A DNA stretch of 27,535 nucleotides from a virus (IMGVR_UViG_3300033067_001330:1-27535), one strand, 5' to 3'; counted from the first letter of the stretch, positions 6,456 to 16,475 are shown. Notes: a model not told the origin generated them from the sequence alone. Program-made: numbers and translations.

Positions 6456-7588
6456 CACCTGTACTCCCAGACCACGACGAGGCCCTGCGTTCCGGCACCG
6501 CCAGCGGCCGACGAGGACGAGTTCACGCCACCGCCACCGCCACCGCCTGAGCCGTAGCCGGTACCCGCGCTGCCTGGACTATTGGAACCGCCCGAGGTGC
6601 TGCTGGCCGCACCGGGCGCATCGCCGCCAGCGCCGTACGGACCGCTTGCGCCCTTGCCCGCCCTACCGAGACCGGCTGCGCCACCAGCGAGGATGTTGAT
6701 TGATTCGGTGAGGCACCAGTCGCCAGCCTGACCTTGCGTATTCACGTCGCCGCCGGACGCGGTTCCGCCTGAACCACCAGAGATAGAATTAATGGTGGTG
6801 ATGCCGCCGGTCGAGCCGCCGCCGCTGCCACCATTGGCGGTCAGGGTGTTCGTCCCGTCTGACCAAGATGAGTTGCCGCCGTTCCCGCCGGCCGCGCCGG
6901 CCGTGTTGGCGGATGCGGCACCGGCCGCGCCGATTGTGACCGTCCCTGAGGCGATTCCGGTGGCGGAGAAGAACTTGTTCGCGTAGCCGCCCGCGCCGCC
7001 GCCCGAGCCGGACGCCGCCTTGGCCGCCCCCCCAGCCTGGCCAGAACCGCCGCCGCCGCCTGCACCAATCACCTCGACGAAAGCGAACCGGGTGCGCACG
7101 TCGAATGTGTGAGTGCCGGAAGACGTAACGAACGTTCGCTTGAAAAGACTGCCCGGCCGGTATGGCGGCATATACTGGATGCATCGCCAGTTGCCTGCGC
7201 CTTCTGACACCATGATCGCAATGGCGCCGGCTTCCGTTTTGATGTTCGCGGCGTCGGGAAGGATTAGCGACGTGGCGTTGTGCGTCAGGGTCAGCGCAGC
7301 GTCGAATTCGAGGATATAGACCTGACCGGCCGCCACCGTGCCGAGCGCCGTAATGCTGGTCGTTCCGGTGATGTGGACGTAGTTGCCGGTCGCTGCCGAA
7401 AGGTCGGTCGTGGACGCCGACGCGATGTCGGCGCCCTTGAAGTTCGCCTTACCCATCTGGGTGGCGATCTGCGCCATCAATTCCCGGAAGAGGTCGTCGA
7501 TGGTGTTGGCCTGCGCCGTACCCTGGGTCGAAAGAGCGCCCAAAGTCGTGTTGCTGCCGGCCGTTGTCGACCAGTCTGTAACTGCCAT
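6455..7588 (-). CDS. Tail fibre protein with glycine-rich C-terminal domain
   Basis: N-terminal WSTTAGSNT...IDDLFRELMAQIA attachment segment, central ITGTTSITALG module, then EVIGAGGGGG...GLVVVWEY Gly-rich domain. Confidence 0.8.
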   Translation of the reverse strand: MAVTDWSTTAGSNTTLGALSTQGTAQANTIDDLFRELMAQIATQMGKANFKGADIASASTTDLSAATGNYVHITGTTSITALGTVAAGQVYILEFDAALTLTHNATSLILPDAANIKTEAGAIAIMVSEGAGNWRCIQYMPPYRPGSLFKRTFVTSSGTHTFDVRTRFAFVEVIGAGGGGGSGQAGGAAKAASGSGGGAGGYANKFFSATGIASGTVTIGAAGAASANTAGAAGGNGGNSSWSDGTNTLTANGGSGGGSTGGITTINSISGGSGGTASGGDVNTQGQAGDWCLTESINILAGGAAGLGRAGKGASGPYGAGGDAPGAASSTSGGSNSPGSAGTGYGSGGGGGGGVNSSSSAAGGAGTQGLVVVWEYR

Positions 7589-7611
7589 GATCGTGTCCTA
7601 GGTAAGTGGTC

Positions 7612-9660
7612 TCAGTAGAGACCAACGCCCTTCGAGTAGCGGTCACGCTCTGCGTCGGTGAATCCGCCGCCGTTGCGATTTCCGCCGAAGAAGCCTTCCA
7701 GCGCTCGCGAGATGTCGCCGAAAATCCCGCCAGCGCCGTTGTTGTAATGAATGCCCCTGACCGAGCCGTCCGGCCCGACGACCTCGGTCCAGCCGTAGCG
7801 GGCCGAATGACGAAGCCCCATGCCGTTTCCGAGAGACGTGTAAGTCGAACCGTTGCTTGCCGTTCCGGTGGCGCCTCGGGGGCCGTGCATGGCGCTCTCA
7901 ATGCCCTTCAGTCCAAAGCCGGTCGAAAACCGCTCGCTCTCGGGCATCGCTTCGTCGAACTGCGGGCCGAAATCAAAACCGACATCGGCACCGAATGCCG
8001 GCGACATTCCGAGGGCGAAACCGCCCAGCATTCCCGGAACGCCCAGCATCTTGCCGCCGATAAGCGCATCCTTGAGCGCCGTCTTCATATGTGGCTTGGC
8101 CTTGTCCCATGTACTGGGCGCGGCCGGCGCTTTCGGGAACGAAGCAAAGTCCATGCCCGACATCGGCGTGTTGCTGAACAAGCCTGGATCGGGCGAGACC
8201 ATGTTTGCGGGTGCCGCATTCGGGACCGGCGCAACAATATCCGCATTTATCGCGTAGGCTGGCTTCAAGTCCTGCTGTGGTAGATTGGGCGGCGCAGGCT
8301 TGGTCATTCCCGCCAGCATGTTGTCGAACGTATTTGGCGCGGCGGGCGGCGTGTCCAGCGCGAGCGAGGTGGACGCTCCCAGCGACGGTGTCAGGTTGCC
8401 TTGCGCGGACGGGTTGAAGTCGGGCGAAAAGCTCGCGTTGGTGACTGAGTATTCCGGGCGCGATAGCGCGATGTCGGGAAACGCCGCGTCTGGTAGGGGG
8501 CGATCAAGCGGGGCATCCATGCTCTGAGGCAGGTTGCGGTCATAGAACGAGTCCGGCATGAGGCCGAACTGGTGGGCTTCGGCAAACTGGTCCGCCATCG
8601 GGGACCCGATATTGCCCCACTGGTTGGCCTGTCCGGGACCGGGCTGCACCTTGTCGAAGTGCATCGCCGTGCCGCCCATGTAATTCGTGCCGAGGCCGGT
8701 GCCGAGCGCGCCCTTAGCCTGTGCTGCCTGTGCTACATCACGAAACGCTTGCGCATCGTCCCACGCATTAAGTTCGCGACCAGACGGGTCGATGATGCTG
8801 AAATCTGCCGCCAGCCCCGTTTTGTGGCGGTTCGAGCCAAATTGCGGCAGGGACCGTTCCGGGTTAGCAAAGTCGGTTTCGGTCCCGGACGTCACGTTGA
8901 CCGAATAGCCGGGGCCAAGAACGTCATGAACAGCCGCACGGATGGTATCCGTGATGGATGAGCTTGGCGCGTTCGGGCGATGAGGCCCCATGCCATAGGA
9001 TAGGTCGGCCAAATTGGTCCTGACCGACGCTTGATCGTCGGGCGACAGGTCGGACGGAACGTCCCCATAGAGCCCATTGGGAGCCAAGGCAGCGAGGCCC
9101 GGCCCCGGAACTGCCGTCGTCTCGACGCTCGACGGCGGCACGAGGTCCGAATAGGCACGCCCCGCAGGCCCGGCATTGGCAGACGGCACCATGGACGGCG
9201 AGAAGGCCCCTGTCGTGGCAGCCATCTCATAAGGCGGCGAATACTCTGCCGTGATGGCTTGAGGCACCCTGAAACCTACCGATGTCCTTATCGGGCGGTT
9301 CGCCGGATCATCGAAATAGATGTGGCCGGTCGTCTGCCCGACTTGGGCAAGGCCCGATGGAAGATTGCCGGCTGCGTCGGGCGTTGCGTAAAACGTCGCC
9401 CGGTGGACCGGGCCGTTCGTCTTCACCATGTCGAGCGCGGACTTGGCGAGAGCGCGATAGCGGTCCACACCTGCCGGGAGCGCCCTGTTATAGGCGCTGA
9501 ACTGCCCCGGTGCGGCGACGACCTCCTCCGGCGTCACGCCGAGTTTGCGCGCGCGGTTGTCGATCACGCTGGCGATCGCCAGCATGTCCCGAAAGCGCTC
9601 CTCCGGCGTGCCATAGGTTGCTTCGCCGAGGATCACATCCTCGACGGTTCTGGCTTTCAT
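7612..9660 (-). CDS. Virion ejection protein with SleB/Hydrolase_2 and M15-like peptidase domains
   Basis: N-terminal ILGEA..IASVIDNR..VVAAPGQFS..GHIYF (cell wall hydrolase); central GSNRHKTGLAADF...MHFD (HxxxxxxD/HxD zinc peptidase); Pro/Gly-rich tail. Confidence 0.75.
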   Translation of the reverse strand: MKARTVEDVILGEATYGTPEERFRDMLAIASVIDNRARKLGVTPEEVVAAPGQFSAYNRALPAGVDRYRALAKSALDMVKTNGPVHRATFYATPDAAGNLPSGLAQVGQTTGHIYFDDPANRPIRTSVGFRVPQAITAEYSPPYEMAATTGAFSPSMVPSANAGPAGRAYSDLVPPSSVETTAVPGPGLAALAPNGLYGDVPSDLSPDDQASVRTNLADLSYGMGPHRPNAPSSSITDTIRAAVHDVLGPGYSVNVTSGTETDFANPERSLPQFGSNRHKTGLAADFSIIDPSGRELNAWDDAQAFRDVAQAAQAKGALGTGLGTNYMGGTAMHFDKVQPGPGQANQWGNIGSPMADQFAEAHQFGLMPDSFYDRNLPQSMDAPLDRPLPDAAFPDIALSRPEYSVTNASFSPDFNPSAQGNLTPSLGASTSLALDTPPAAPNTFDNMLAGMTKPAPPNLPQQDLKPAYAINADIVAPVPNAAPANMVSPDPGLFSNTPMSGMDFASFPKAPAAPSTWDKAKPHMKTALKDALIGGKMLGVPGMLGGFALGMSPAFGADVGFDFGPQFDEAMPESERFSTGFGLKGIESAMHGPRGATGTASNGSTYTSLGNGMGLRHSARYGWTEVVGPDGSVRGIHYNNGAGGIFGDISRALEGFFGGNRNGGGFTDAERDRYSKGVGLY

Positions 9661-9685
9661 GGCGGTGACCTGCTATATGCGGGCG
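9651..9685 (+). promoter_or_regulatory. Putative promoter for the antisense membrane gene (extended -10 like)
   Basis: TGCTATAT at 9671-9678, 6 nt before GTG 9685; no SD, so a leaderless start is plausible. Confidence 0.4.
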
Positions 9686-9969
9686 TGCGATTTCCCTACC
9701 GAACGATGCAATTCACCGTGGCGCTGGTGGTTGGTTGCGCCTCGATCTATGCGGGCAGGAAGCTCGACTATCCGATCAATCCGATGATTATTGCCGCGTG
9801 GAGCGGCTTCGCGGCCCTTGGGTCGACGTATCTCGTTCTCTGGCTAACGGACTGGCGCGAGCGCAGGTTGGCGCGCCGATTGCAGTCCGGACGAAGCGGT
9901 GACCCCGATCCGGGCAAGGCGCTCCAGTTCAAGCGCCCGAAGCGCCTCGGCAGCACCTGGAGCAGATAG
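9685..9969 (+). CDS. Small two-TM membrane protein antisense to the ejection genes (superinfection-exclusion-like moron)
   Basis: MRFPYRTMQFTVALVVGCASIYAG...MIIAAWSGFAALGSTYLVLWLTDWRERR; fills the 9661-9843 gap and overlaps the neighbour's 3' end by 126 bp. Confidence 0.6.
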   Translation: MRFPYRTMQFTVALVVGCASIYAGRKLDYPINPMIIAAWSGFAALGSTYLVLWLTDWRERRLARRLQSGRSGDPDPGKALQFKRPKRLGSTWSR

Positions 9970-11439
9970 ACCGCCGCCCCTGATTGCGCCCGACGTGGTT
10001 TCCAGCGCTTGTTCTGTTATCCGAGGAGAGAAGAACTTCGCGGCGGTGCCGGCACCAGCCAGCCCTATCCCGAACGGGGTGCCCAATTGAGACCCGGTCG
10101 CAATTGCGCCGATGGTCGGCAGGAAAGCCGCGTTGCCCGACAGGCTGGATAGGTCAAATCCGAACCTGGACAGTGTGAGCAGACCCTTTCGTCCGTTCGC
10201 AACCTCGAGGAGAGCCGCACGCTCGGCACCCTTGAAAATACGGCCAGCATTGCTTTTGAGCAGGTTGCGAAGGCCTTGGCGGATGCCAGCCTCCTGACCG
10301 GCGGCGTAAACCTCGGCATTCCGCAGCACGCCTTCAATGCGGCGGTTCTTGATGTTGCGCAGCGCTGCGTCTTTAGCGCTGGCGCGGAGCGCATTTACTT
10401 CGTCCTGAGCGAGACCGGCGGTGCTGGTCATTGGCGCTGTCGTTTCGAAATCATCAAGCTTGTCACGCAAGATAGAGAGCGCTTTGCCTTCGATGCCCGC
10501 CGTGCGGTCGCCTTTCGCCATCGCCGCCGCCGCGTCGTCGGCAGCGGCACCGATCTGGATCGAAAGCGCGTTGATGTCGTTGAAATCGGGAACCGCGCCT
10601 TTGGCCACTTCTGCGGTCAACTCGTCAACCAGATCAAATGCCTTTGGCGCAAGCGAGCGGCGCATTCCGGCCTGTTTAAGTGCTGCCGTCATGTCGCCAA
10701 CGGTCTGACCGTAGGCCTGCGGATCGTAGGTAATGCCCGCATTGCGCAGTTGCGCATACAGATCGTCTGTCTGTTGCTTGAGCGCTTCCGCAGTCGGAGC
10801 CCCCTCGGCTGCTTGTGCAGTCGCGCTTTTGGCGGGATTGCCTGCTGCCGCGACGCCCCCGGCCAACGCGCCAGCAAAGCGAGCGTAAGGCTCGTAATCT
10901 TGGTAGCCGGTGGCACGCGCCACTTGCCCCGCTGTTTCAGACGCCAGCGGCGGAACGATCGCCATTGCCACCTTTTGGCCCATCGAGCCCGGCGAGACCA
11001 TTGCAGCCGGCGCAAACTGTCCAACCGTGCGGGCGTACTCGCCAGCCAGCGTTTGCGGCGTATGCCCGAATAGATCATCGGCGCCGGCTGCCTTTACCAT
11101 CGGATCAGTGCCGGCTTGGATTTCCTTGGTGCTCGGCAGGAAGCCGGTCGGACTGAAGCGGCGTCCCCACTTGGCCACCGATTGCTGTGTTCCCTCGCTC
11201 GCGCCAAGCTTGCCAGCGAGCCAGCCAGCCATATCCCCCTGCATCTGCGCAGCATCACCGAATTGGCCAAGTCCCGCTTCGATGCCCTGACGAACGCCCG
11301 TGACCGCGCTGCGGCCAGCATCCTCGGCCATGCCCTGCCGGACTGGAAACTGCTTCTGGATCGCCGCCTTGATTTTGTCGTCTGGCGTGCCGTCCGGGAA
11401 CTCGGCAATCGAGCCGTCCGGCAGTTCGATTTCGATCAT
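9844..11439 (-). CDS. Internal virion / DNA ejection protein
   Basis: MIEIELPDGSIAEFPDGTP N-terminus, Ala/Gly-rich helical sequence, position in the podoviral ejection cluster. Confidence 0.75.
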   Translation of the reverse strand: MIEIELPDGSIAEFPDGTPDDKIKAAIQKQFPVRQGMAEDAGRSAVTGVRQGIEAGLGQFGDAAQMQGDMAGWLAGKLGASEGTQQSVAKWGRRFSPTGFLPSTKEIQAGTDPMVKAAGADDLFGHTPQTLAGEYARTVGQFAPAAMVSPGSMGQKVAMAIVPPLASETAGQVARATGYQDYEPYARFAGALAGGVAAAGNPAKSATAQAAEGAPTAEALKQQTDDLYAQLRNAGITYDPQAYGQTVGDMTAALKQAGMRRSLAPKAFDLVDELTAEVAKGAVPDFNDINALSIQIGAAADDAAAAMAKGDRTAGIEGKALSILRDKLDDFETTAPMTSTAGLAQDEVNALRASAKDAALRNIKNRRIEGVLRNAEVYAAGQEAGIRQGLRNLLKSNAGRIFKGAERAALLEVANGRKGLLTLSRFGFDLSSLSGNAAFLPTIGAIATGSQLGTPFGIGLAGAGTAAKFFSPRITEQALETTSGAIRGGGLSAPGAAEALRALELERLARIGVTASSGLQSARQPALAPVR

Positions 11440-12587
11440 TCGAGTTCGCCGGTATTAGGGTTGTAGCGGCGGCGCGGCTTGTCCGTGGTGGCGCCACCGC
11501 CGGGAAGCGGCTGAACGGCACTGGCCGGCGCATCCTCGCCGAAGTCGCGCGCATAGGCCTGCCGGCGCGCATCCTTGGAATTGGCGAGGATAAGCTGAAG
11601 ACGTTCAAGATTGTACAGGATTTCTTGCGGGTCGTTGGCCTGGTCGAGACTGCCGAACACCGCTTGAAGCAGGAGATTTTCCTGCTCTGACACGGCGCCG
11701 AGAGCGCCGCCCGTAGGCGAGGCTTCGCGCATGGACTGAAGCTTGTCGAAGCCGACATTGGCCTTGATCGTATCGAGGCGCTGCTTAAGCCGGAAAGCCG
11801 GCGTGCCGGGGAGCGAATTTGCGAGACCGCCGACGAGTCCCGTGGTCATGTTCGGGTTCTGTCGGATCATGTCGACCGAGCGCTTGATGTCGTCGTCGAC
11901 GATTACGCGCTGGTTGTCGAGCGCGTCGAGGGCGTTGAGCGCCTTGGACTTGCGCTCCGGCGCCTGCCCCGCGTACGTTCCGGCCGCCCCACCTGCGCCC
12001 TTGTCAAAGGCTTCCTTGTAGTTCTCCTTGGGCATGTATCCGACAATCGAGCCGGAACGCTTGTCCTGAAGCGCCCAGCGGTCGCCAAGGTCGATCTTGT
12101 CCACGCCGGTCGAAGGCTTGAAGCCGGGCGGCGTTTCAATTTGCTTGAACGAGCCGTCGTTGCCAAGCGTGCCAAGCGCTGGATTGCCGTCCGGGCCCGT
12201 CCCCCAGATCGGATTCAGTGCGTATTGGGTGTCGCCCCCCATCTTCTTTTTCATGGCGACGCCAAGCACATCCTCAACCGACGCCCCCGCGTCCACGAAC
12301 GGCGCAAGGTCCGGGAACTGCCCCTCGATCAGGCTCTTGGCCCTGTCGCGCTGGCGGTTCTTGCCGATGACGCCAAACATGCTGGCGAAGCTCTCGGCAG
12401 GCGTTCCGCCCGACAGAAGGGCAGCCGCGATGTCAGGGCTGGTGAAGTCCTTGAAGCGGTCGAGGATGCTGCCGCCGCTCGCCTGCTGGGGAGGAGGAGG
12501 CGTCATAGCTGACGCCAGCGCTCCGCCGCGAAACGACTGCGGCTGACCCATCAGCATAGGCATGAGAAGACCGTATGGTGCTGCCAT
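11436..12587 (-). CDS. Internal virion / DNA ejection protein
   Basis: LDTIKANVGFDKLQSMREASPTGGALGAVSEQE motif and RRYNPNTGELE end, typical of podoviral ejection proteins. Confidence 0.75.
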   Translation of the reverse strand: MAAPYGLLMPMLMGQPQSFRGGALASAMTPPPPQQASGGSILDRFKDFTSPDIAAALLSGGTPAESFASMFGVIGKNRQRDRAKSLIEGQFPDLAPFVDAGASVEDVLGVAMKKKMGGDTQYALNPIWGTGPDGNPALGTLGNDGSFKQIETPPGFKPSTGVDKIDLGDRWALQDKRSGSIVGYMPKENYKEAFDKGAGGAAGTYAGQAPERKSKALNALDALDNQRVIVDDDIKRSVDMIRQNPNMTTGLVGGLANSLPGTPAFRLKQRLDTIKANVGFDKLQSMREASPTGGALGAVSEQENLLLQAVFGSLDQANDPQEILYNLERLQLILANSKDARRQAYARDFGEDAPASAVQPLPGGGATTDKPRRRYNPNTGELE

Positions 12588-12590
12588 GGC

Positions 12591-13550
12591 TTAGAACCCG
12601 AGCAAGTCGGCCAGACCAAGGCCGCCGCCTAGAATTTGAGCCCAATTCGTGGGCTGCTTGGTCGTGCCGGTGCTGTTGCCGATCTGCGTACCGGTCTGAT
12701 AGTTGGTGCCGTAGCCCGAAAGTCCCTGCAGCAATTGAGCGAGCGACGAGAGGTTCTTGCCCGGCGCACCGAGACGATTAGCCGTATCGGTCTGGTAGGC
12801 CGTCCCGACGTCCGCAATGGTCTTCCACGGGTCGAGCGTGGCCTGGTACATCGACGGCACAGAGGTGATCGCCTGCATCCGGCGGTCCCGGTTCGATGCG
12901 TCAATGGCCGTGCGCGAATTGAGCGCGTTGAGCCCGGTGGTTAGGCCCGCCTGACGCTGTTCGTCCATAAGCTGGTTGGCCTGCACCTGGCGGTCGCGCT
13001 CGTTCTGGTACTGCTGGTAGCGCTGTTGGGCTTCGAGGTCTCCAACGGTCCGCGCCACCTCGGTCTGCGCAAAATCGCCGCCGTACCGACCGCGCGCGCC
13101 AGCGGACATCCTGGCGGCCGTTGCCGCGTTGTCCGTCGAGCGGGCGAGAAGACGCTCGAAATTTGGGTCGGCGCGATTGAGGAATGCGCCCGACGCCACG
13201 TCGCCGAGGTTTTTTTCCGAATAGGATGGCAAGAGCGCGCGATTGGCGATTGTCTGCTGGCCGGCGCTGCGGACATCGGCGGCACCGGAGCCCAAGGCCT
13301 GGAGGCGCTTGAATGCATCTGTCAGACCCGACCGGCCGGCATAGGCTGTGTTCTTCAGACCGGTAAGCGCCTGGTTGGCAGTGCCCGACATCCCCACATA
13401 GGGATTGAGCGAGTTCGTCTTGAACAGGCTTGTCGCGCGCTTCAGGAGATCGTCGAGCGCTCCCGTGGCCTTTGGATACGGGCCATTGATGGTCGTATTG
13501 GTGTAGCCGGAATTGTTGGTCTGCGTCTGCTTCGTGCCGCCGCCGCTCAT
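12591..13550 (-). CDS. Internal virion / DNA ejection protein (gp7-like position)
   Basis: MSGGGTKQTQT start, Gln/Ala-rich, GARGRYGG, C-terminal ILGGGLGLADLLGF. Confidence 0.72.
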   Translation of the reverse strand: MSGGGTKQTQTNNSGYTNTTINGPYPKATGALDDLLKRATSLFKTNSLNPYVGMSGTANQALTGLKNTAYAGRSGLTDAFKRLQALGSGAADVRSAGQQTIANRALLPSYSEKNLGDVASGAFLNRADPNFERLLARSTDNAATAARMSAGARGRYGGDFAQTEVARTVGDLEAQQRYQQYQNERDRQVQANQLMDEQRQAGLTTGLNALNSRTAIDASNRDRRMQAITSVPSMYQATLDPWKTIADVGTAYQTDTANRLGAPGKNLSSLAQLLQGLSGYGTNYQTGTQIGNSTGTTKQPTNWAQILGGGLGLADLLGF

Positions 13551-13948
13551 AGTGGCACCTCATAAACGATGGCGACCGCGCGCGCCTCTGGATAGAGTTT
13601 CTTCATGCCGGGCCGCGCCTCATCGAGAAACCGTTCGGCCCCGCCGTCGCGGCCGATCTTCTTGGACAAATCCTGCATCTGCGGAAACCACTCCTCCGCC
13701 CGCTGGCCATAGAAGGCGAGGCCCCGCAGGACACGCCCATTGTCCTGGAACTGGAGAATGCAGGCGCCAAGAATCCGCTCTCCCTCATAGGCCACGAGGA
13801 GGAAGGCGCGGGCGGCGCGGCAGTCCTGCCACAAATGGCCCGGTCGAACCTCGCTGCCCGTCGCGGCGCAGCTCTCTGCAATCCCGTCCTTGATATGCGG
13901 CCAGATCAGATCGACGGCTCCGGGCGCCGCGCAGATTATTTCCACCAT
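13547..13948 (-). CDS. GNAT-like virion assembly protein (P22 gp14-like position)
   Basis: AFLLVAYEGERILGACI...G..RPGMKK pattern; lies between tail and ejection genes. Confidence 0.55.
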   Translation of the reverse strand: MVEIICAAPGAVDLIWPHIKDGIAESCAATGSEVRPGHLWQDCRAARAFLLVAYEGERILGACILQFQDNGRVLRGLAFYGQRAEEWFPQMQDLSKKIGRDGGAERFLDEARPGMKKLYPEARAVAIVYEVPL

Positions 13949-14313
13949 CAGGCCGCCTTTACCGCACTGGGGGTTGCGATGGCGAAATAGGCCGTGGCGA
14001 TGAGCCTGCTGTTGGCCTCCGCCACCGCCTTGATCTTGCGGACCTTCTCCTGCGTTCCGAACACATGAGGATCGTCGATCATCACCGAGTCGTCGGCGGC
14101 GATTATGTCCTGGAAATACTGGGAGTCGGTCGAACCGTCGTACGTGTAGAGTTTCAGCCGGCAGGTGTTCGCCGTATCGATATTGCAGACCCGGATACCG
14201 ACCAGCCGATGCAGCGCTTTGCCTGTCGGCGATGCCACATAAACACCGCCAGTCGTCACCGCGACGGGGATGCCGGGCTGAAGAACGCCGTCGAAGTTAT
14301 AGTTCGAACTCAT
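13948..14313 (-). CDS. Small beta-rich virion/tail protein
   Basis: Coupled to both neighbours; IRVCNIDT motif; coding-like codon use. Confidence 0.65.
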   Translation of the reverse strand: MSSNYNFDGVLQPGIPVAVTTGGVYVASPTGKALHRLVGIRVCNIDTANTCRLKLYTYDGSTDSQYFQDIIAADDSVMIDDPHVFGTQEKVRKIKAVAEANSRLIATAYFAIATPSAVKAA

Positions 14314-15830
14314 GACCTACCCGTCTGCGTCCAGACGCTTTCCTGGTCATCGATGCCGGCTAGCGAATTCCAGTCCGTGCCCTCGGGGATATTCACCCGG
14401 AACTGGTGGAACCGGCCGTCATCGAGCGTCTTGAAAATGCCGGTGCCGTCGCTCTCGGCCATGTACTCGCTCGACCAAGTGGTCGCTTGGCCTCGCCGGT
14501 CGGCTACGCCCACTTGCACGGACACGTCGGTTGGATCGAGGTCTCCCGAAAGCGACACTTCCTGCACGAGCGACCGGTAGCCCGGCGTGAGCTGGATTTT
14601 CGGCGTCTCCAGCGTGGCTTCGAGATTGGCCCCGGTGAAGAACGCCATTTTGTGGTCAGTCTTGAAGGCGCCGATGGTCGGCTTGCCGCCGGAGAACAGC
14701 CGGGAGTCGAAAGGCTGGTCTATGGCGTCAATGGACGAATAGAGCGTGGCCAGGCCGTCGATGGTAATGCCGGCCGTGGCCAGCGCGACGATCTCCTCGA
14801 CGCTTAGATCGATGCTGAACCACCGCCCCGGCCTTCCATCGGAGCCGGTCAGGACATAGTTCAGGCCTATGGTGCCGAAAGTGCCGTCCGTCTTCGGGTA
14901 CTGGACAATGACCACCTTGCGGAACGGGTCGAGGAAGGCGCGCACCGCGCCCAAATTCTCGCGGTCGACCTCGGAGGGAATGCCGTCTGCGTCAGAGCCA
15001 AGAAACCAGCGATCGACCCGCTCGTTTCCAACCGGAATGTCCTGCCCGTCCGCGAAGATGTAGAACCCGTCATCCGAGAGGTAGAAATACTGCCCCGGCG
15101 CAATGGCGACGATGCAATATGGTGCTATTGCGCCCCGCGCCTCATTGACCGTGACGATGTCGAAGCCGGCGGAGTCCGCCGTGTAGATCATCGCCTTGAT
15201 CTTGGACCGCTGGAAGACGATGGCGCCCTTATCGTTGCCAAATCCGCCCTGCACTTCGCCGCCATCCGGCAACTCCTGTTTCCAGGCGCCGCCGATGCCC
15301 CGCGTCCAAGACTCCGTGTCGCCGTAGGCCGACCATTGGAGAAAGTTTGGCTCATTGGCGAGGTTGCCCAGCACCACGAATTCCGAAGCCGTCCAACTGA
15401 ATTTTGCCTTGGGAGGACTGCCAGGCAACAGTGCGAAATTGCTGCCGCTGTTGACGTCGAGGTACTGGATGTCATCGTTGATGTTATTGGCGATCAGGCG
15501 CCCGCCAACCGGCGTGAAGCACCAGCGGTCGGTGTTCGGGACGCTATAGTTGCCGCCAGACAGGCGGGTGTAGTCAGTGAAGCCGTAGAGAGCGGTCGAC
15601 GTGTCGAGCTTGTAGAGCTTCTGCTGGGTACCTACGAAGGTCGCCCACGACCCAGAAATCGTCCTGACCGCAATGGCGCCCTTGCACGCGAGCGGCAGAG
15701 CACTCGATACCGTCGTCAAGCCGGGAAACGGCCCCCATCCGTCCGTCACCGGCTGGCAGTTGTTGATGCTCCGCGAAGCGCTCAGAGCATACCCTGAGCG
15801 ATCCGGCGCAAAGTCCGGGAACAGGATCAT
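14310..15830 (-). CDS. Tail nozzle / DNA stabilization protein (gp10 or tubular B-like beta-propeller)
   Basis: FPDFAPDR start, LQWSAYGD..W...QELPDGG, beta-rich 506 aa, follows the adaptor. Confidence 0.78.
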   Translation of the reverse strand: MILFPDFAPDRSGYALSASRSINNCQPVTDGWGPFPGLTTVSSALPLACKGAIAVRTISGSWATFVGTQQKLYKLDTSTALYGFTDYTRLSGGNYSVPNTDRWCFTPVGGRLIANNINDDIQYLDVNSGSNFALLPGSPPKAKFSWTASEFVVLGNLANEPNFLQWSAYGDTESWTRGIGGAWKQELPDGGEVQGGFGNDKGAIVFQRSKIKAMIYTADSAGFDIVTVNEARGAIAPYCIVAIAPGQYFYLSDDGFYIFADGQDIPVGNERVDRWFLGSDADGIPSEVDRENLGAVRAFLDPFRKVVIVQYPKTDGTFGTIGLNYVLTGSDGRPGRWFSIDLSVEEIVALATAGITIDGLATLYSSIDAIDQPFDSRLFSGGKPTIGAFKTDHKMAFFTGANLEATLETPKIQLTPGYRSLVQEVSLSGDLDPTDVSVQVGVADRRGQATTWSSEYMAESDGTGIFKTLDDGRFHQFRVNIPEGTDWNSLAGIDDQESVWTQTGRS

Positions 15831-16475
15831 TCATTGCCCGTAGGTGATGTCGAACGCCGAACCGGAGCCCATCAGCAGGCCGGGATCGACCTCAAGCTCG
15901 CCATTGTTCTGCCGGCTGATGTAGCCTTTGACCTCGATAAGGCCTCGCTCGAGCACGGTGGCCCATTTCCCGGTCTTGCCGTCGTCGTCGGTCAGCAGCG
16001 CGCCCCACACGATGCAGGCGGCGAGATAGACGTCGGGATGGTTGTCGAGGAGCCAGTTGGTGTCCCCGTCGTTCACGAGGCTGAAGCGCTGGCGGAACTT
16101 GAAGCGGAAAGAATAGGCGCTGTCGAGCGGGCAGTTGAAATTCAGATTGTCGCCGGCCATCGCATAGAGGCTGGGGAATGACGCCGTGGACGAGTAAGGG
16201 AACGTCCCATCCTGACGACGGTATATTTCCACCTCATTGCCACCCGTGGGCACCAGGAACAGGCCGACCGGCTCGGCGACAGAATAGCCCGATATGTCGA
16301 TGCTGCGGCTACTCAGCGTCCCGGTAAGCGTCTGCTGTGTCAGCACCTCGCCCAGCTCGCGATTGAGCGAGCTCTCGGCCAGCGTAATGCAGTCATTGGC
16401 GTTCGTGCTGATCGAGGCGCGCTTCAGCCACACACCGAGCGCGGTTTTCAGCTCACTTTTGTTCGAGAATGGCAT
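15831..16475 (-). CDS. Head-tail adaptor (gp4 or tubular A-like)
   Basis: ELKTAL..WL.R...ITLAESSLNREL and TNWLLDNHPDVYL motifs. Confidence 0.82.
   Translation of the reverse strand: MPFSNKSELKTALGVWLKRASISTNANDCITLAESSLNRELGEVLTQQTLTGTLSSRSIDISGYSVAEPVGLFLVPTGGNEVEIYRRQDGTFPYSSTASFPSLYAMAGDNLNFNCPLDSAYSFRFKFRQRFSLVNDGDTNWLLDNHPDVYLAACIVWGALLTDDDGKTGKWATVLERGLIEVKGYISRQNNGELEVDPGLLMGSGSAFDITYGQ

Noticed and set aside
6480-7070. GCC/CCG-rich repeats in the tail fibre as a repeat array or DGR target
   Set aside because: Explained by Gly codons; no reverse transcriptase or template/variable repeat pair in the window.
9031-9684. N-terminal part of the 312-aa + strand ORF in the track
   Set aside because: Arg-rich shadow of the ejection gene; only the part from 9685 looks like a real membrane protein.
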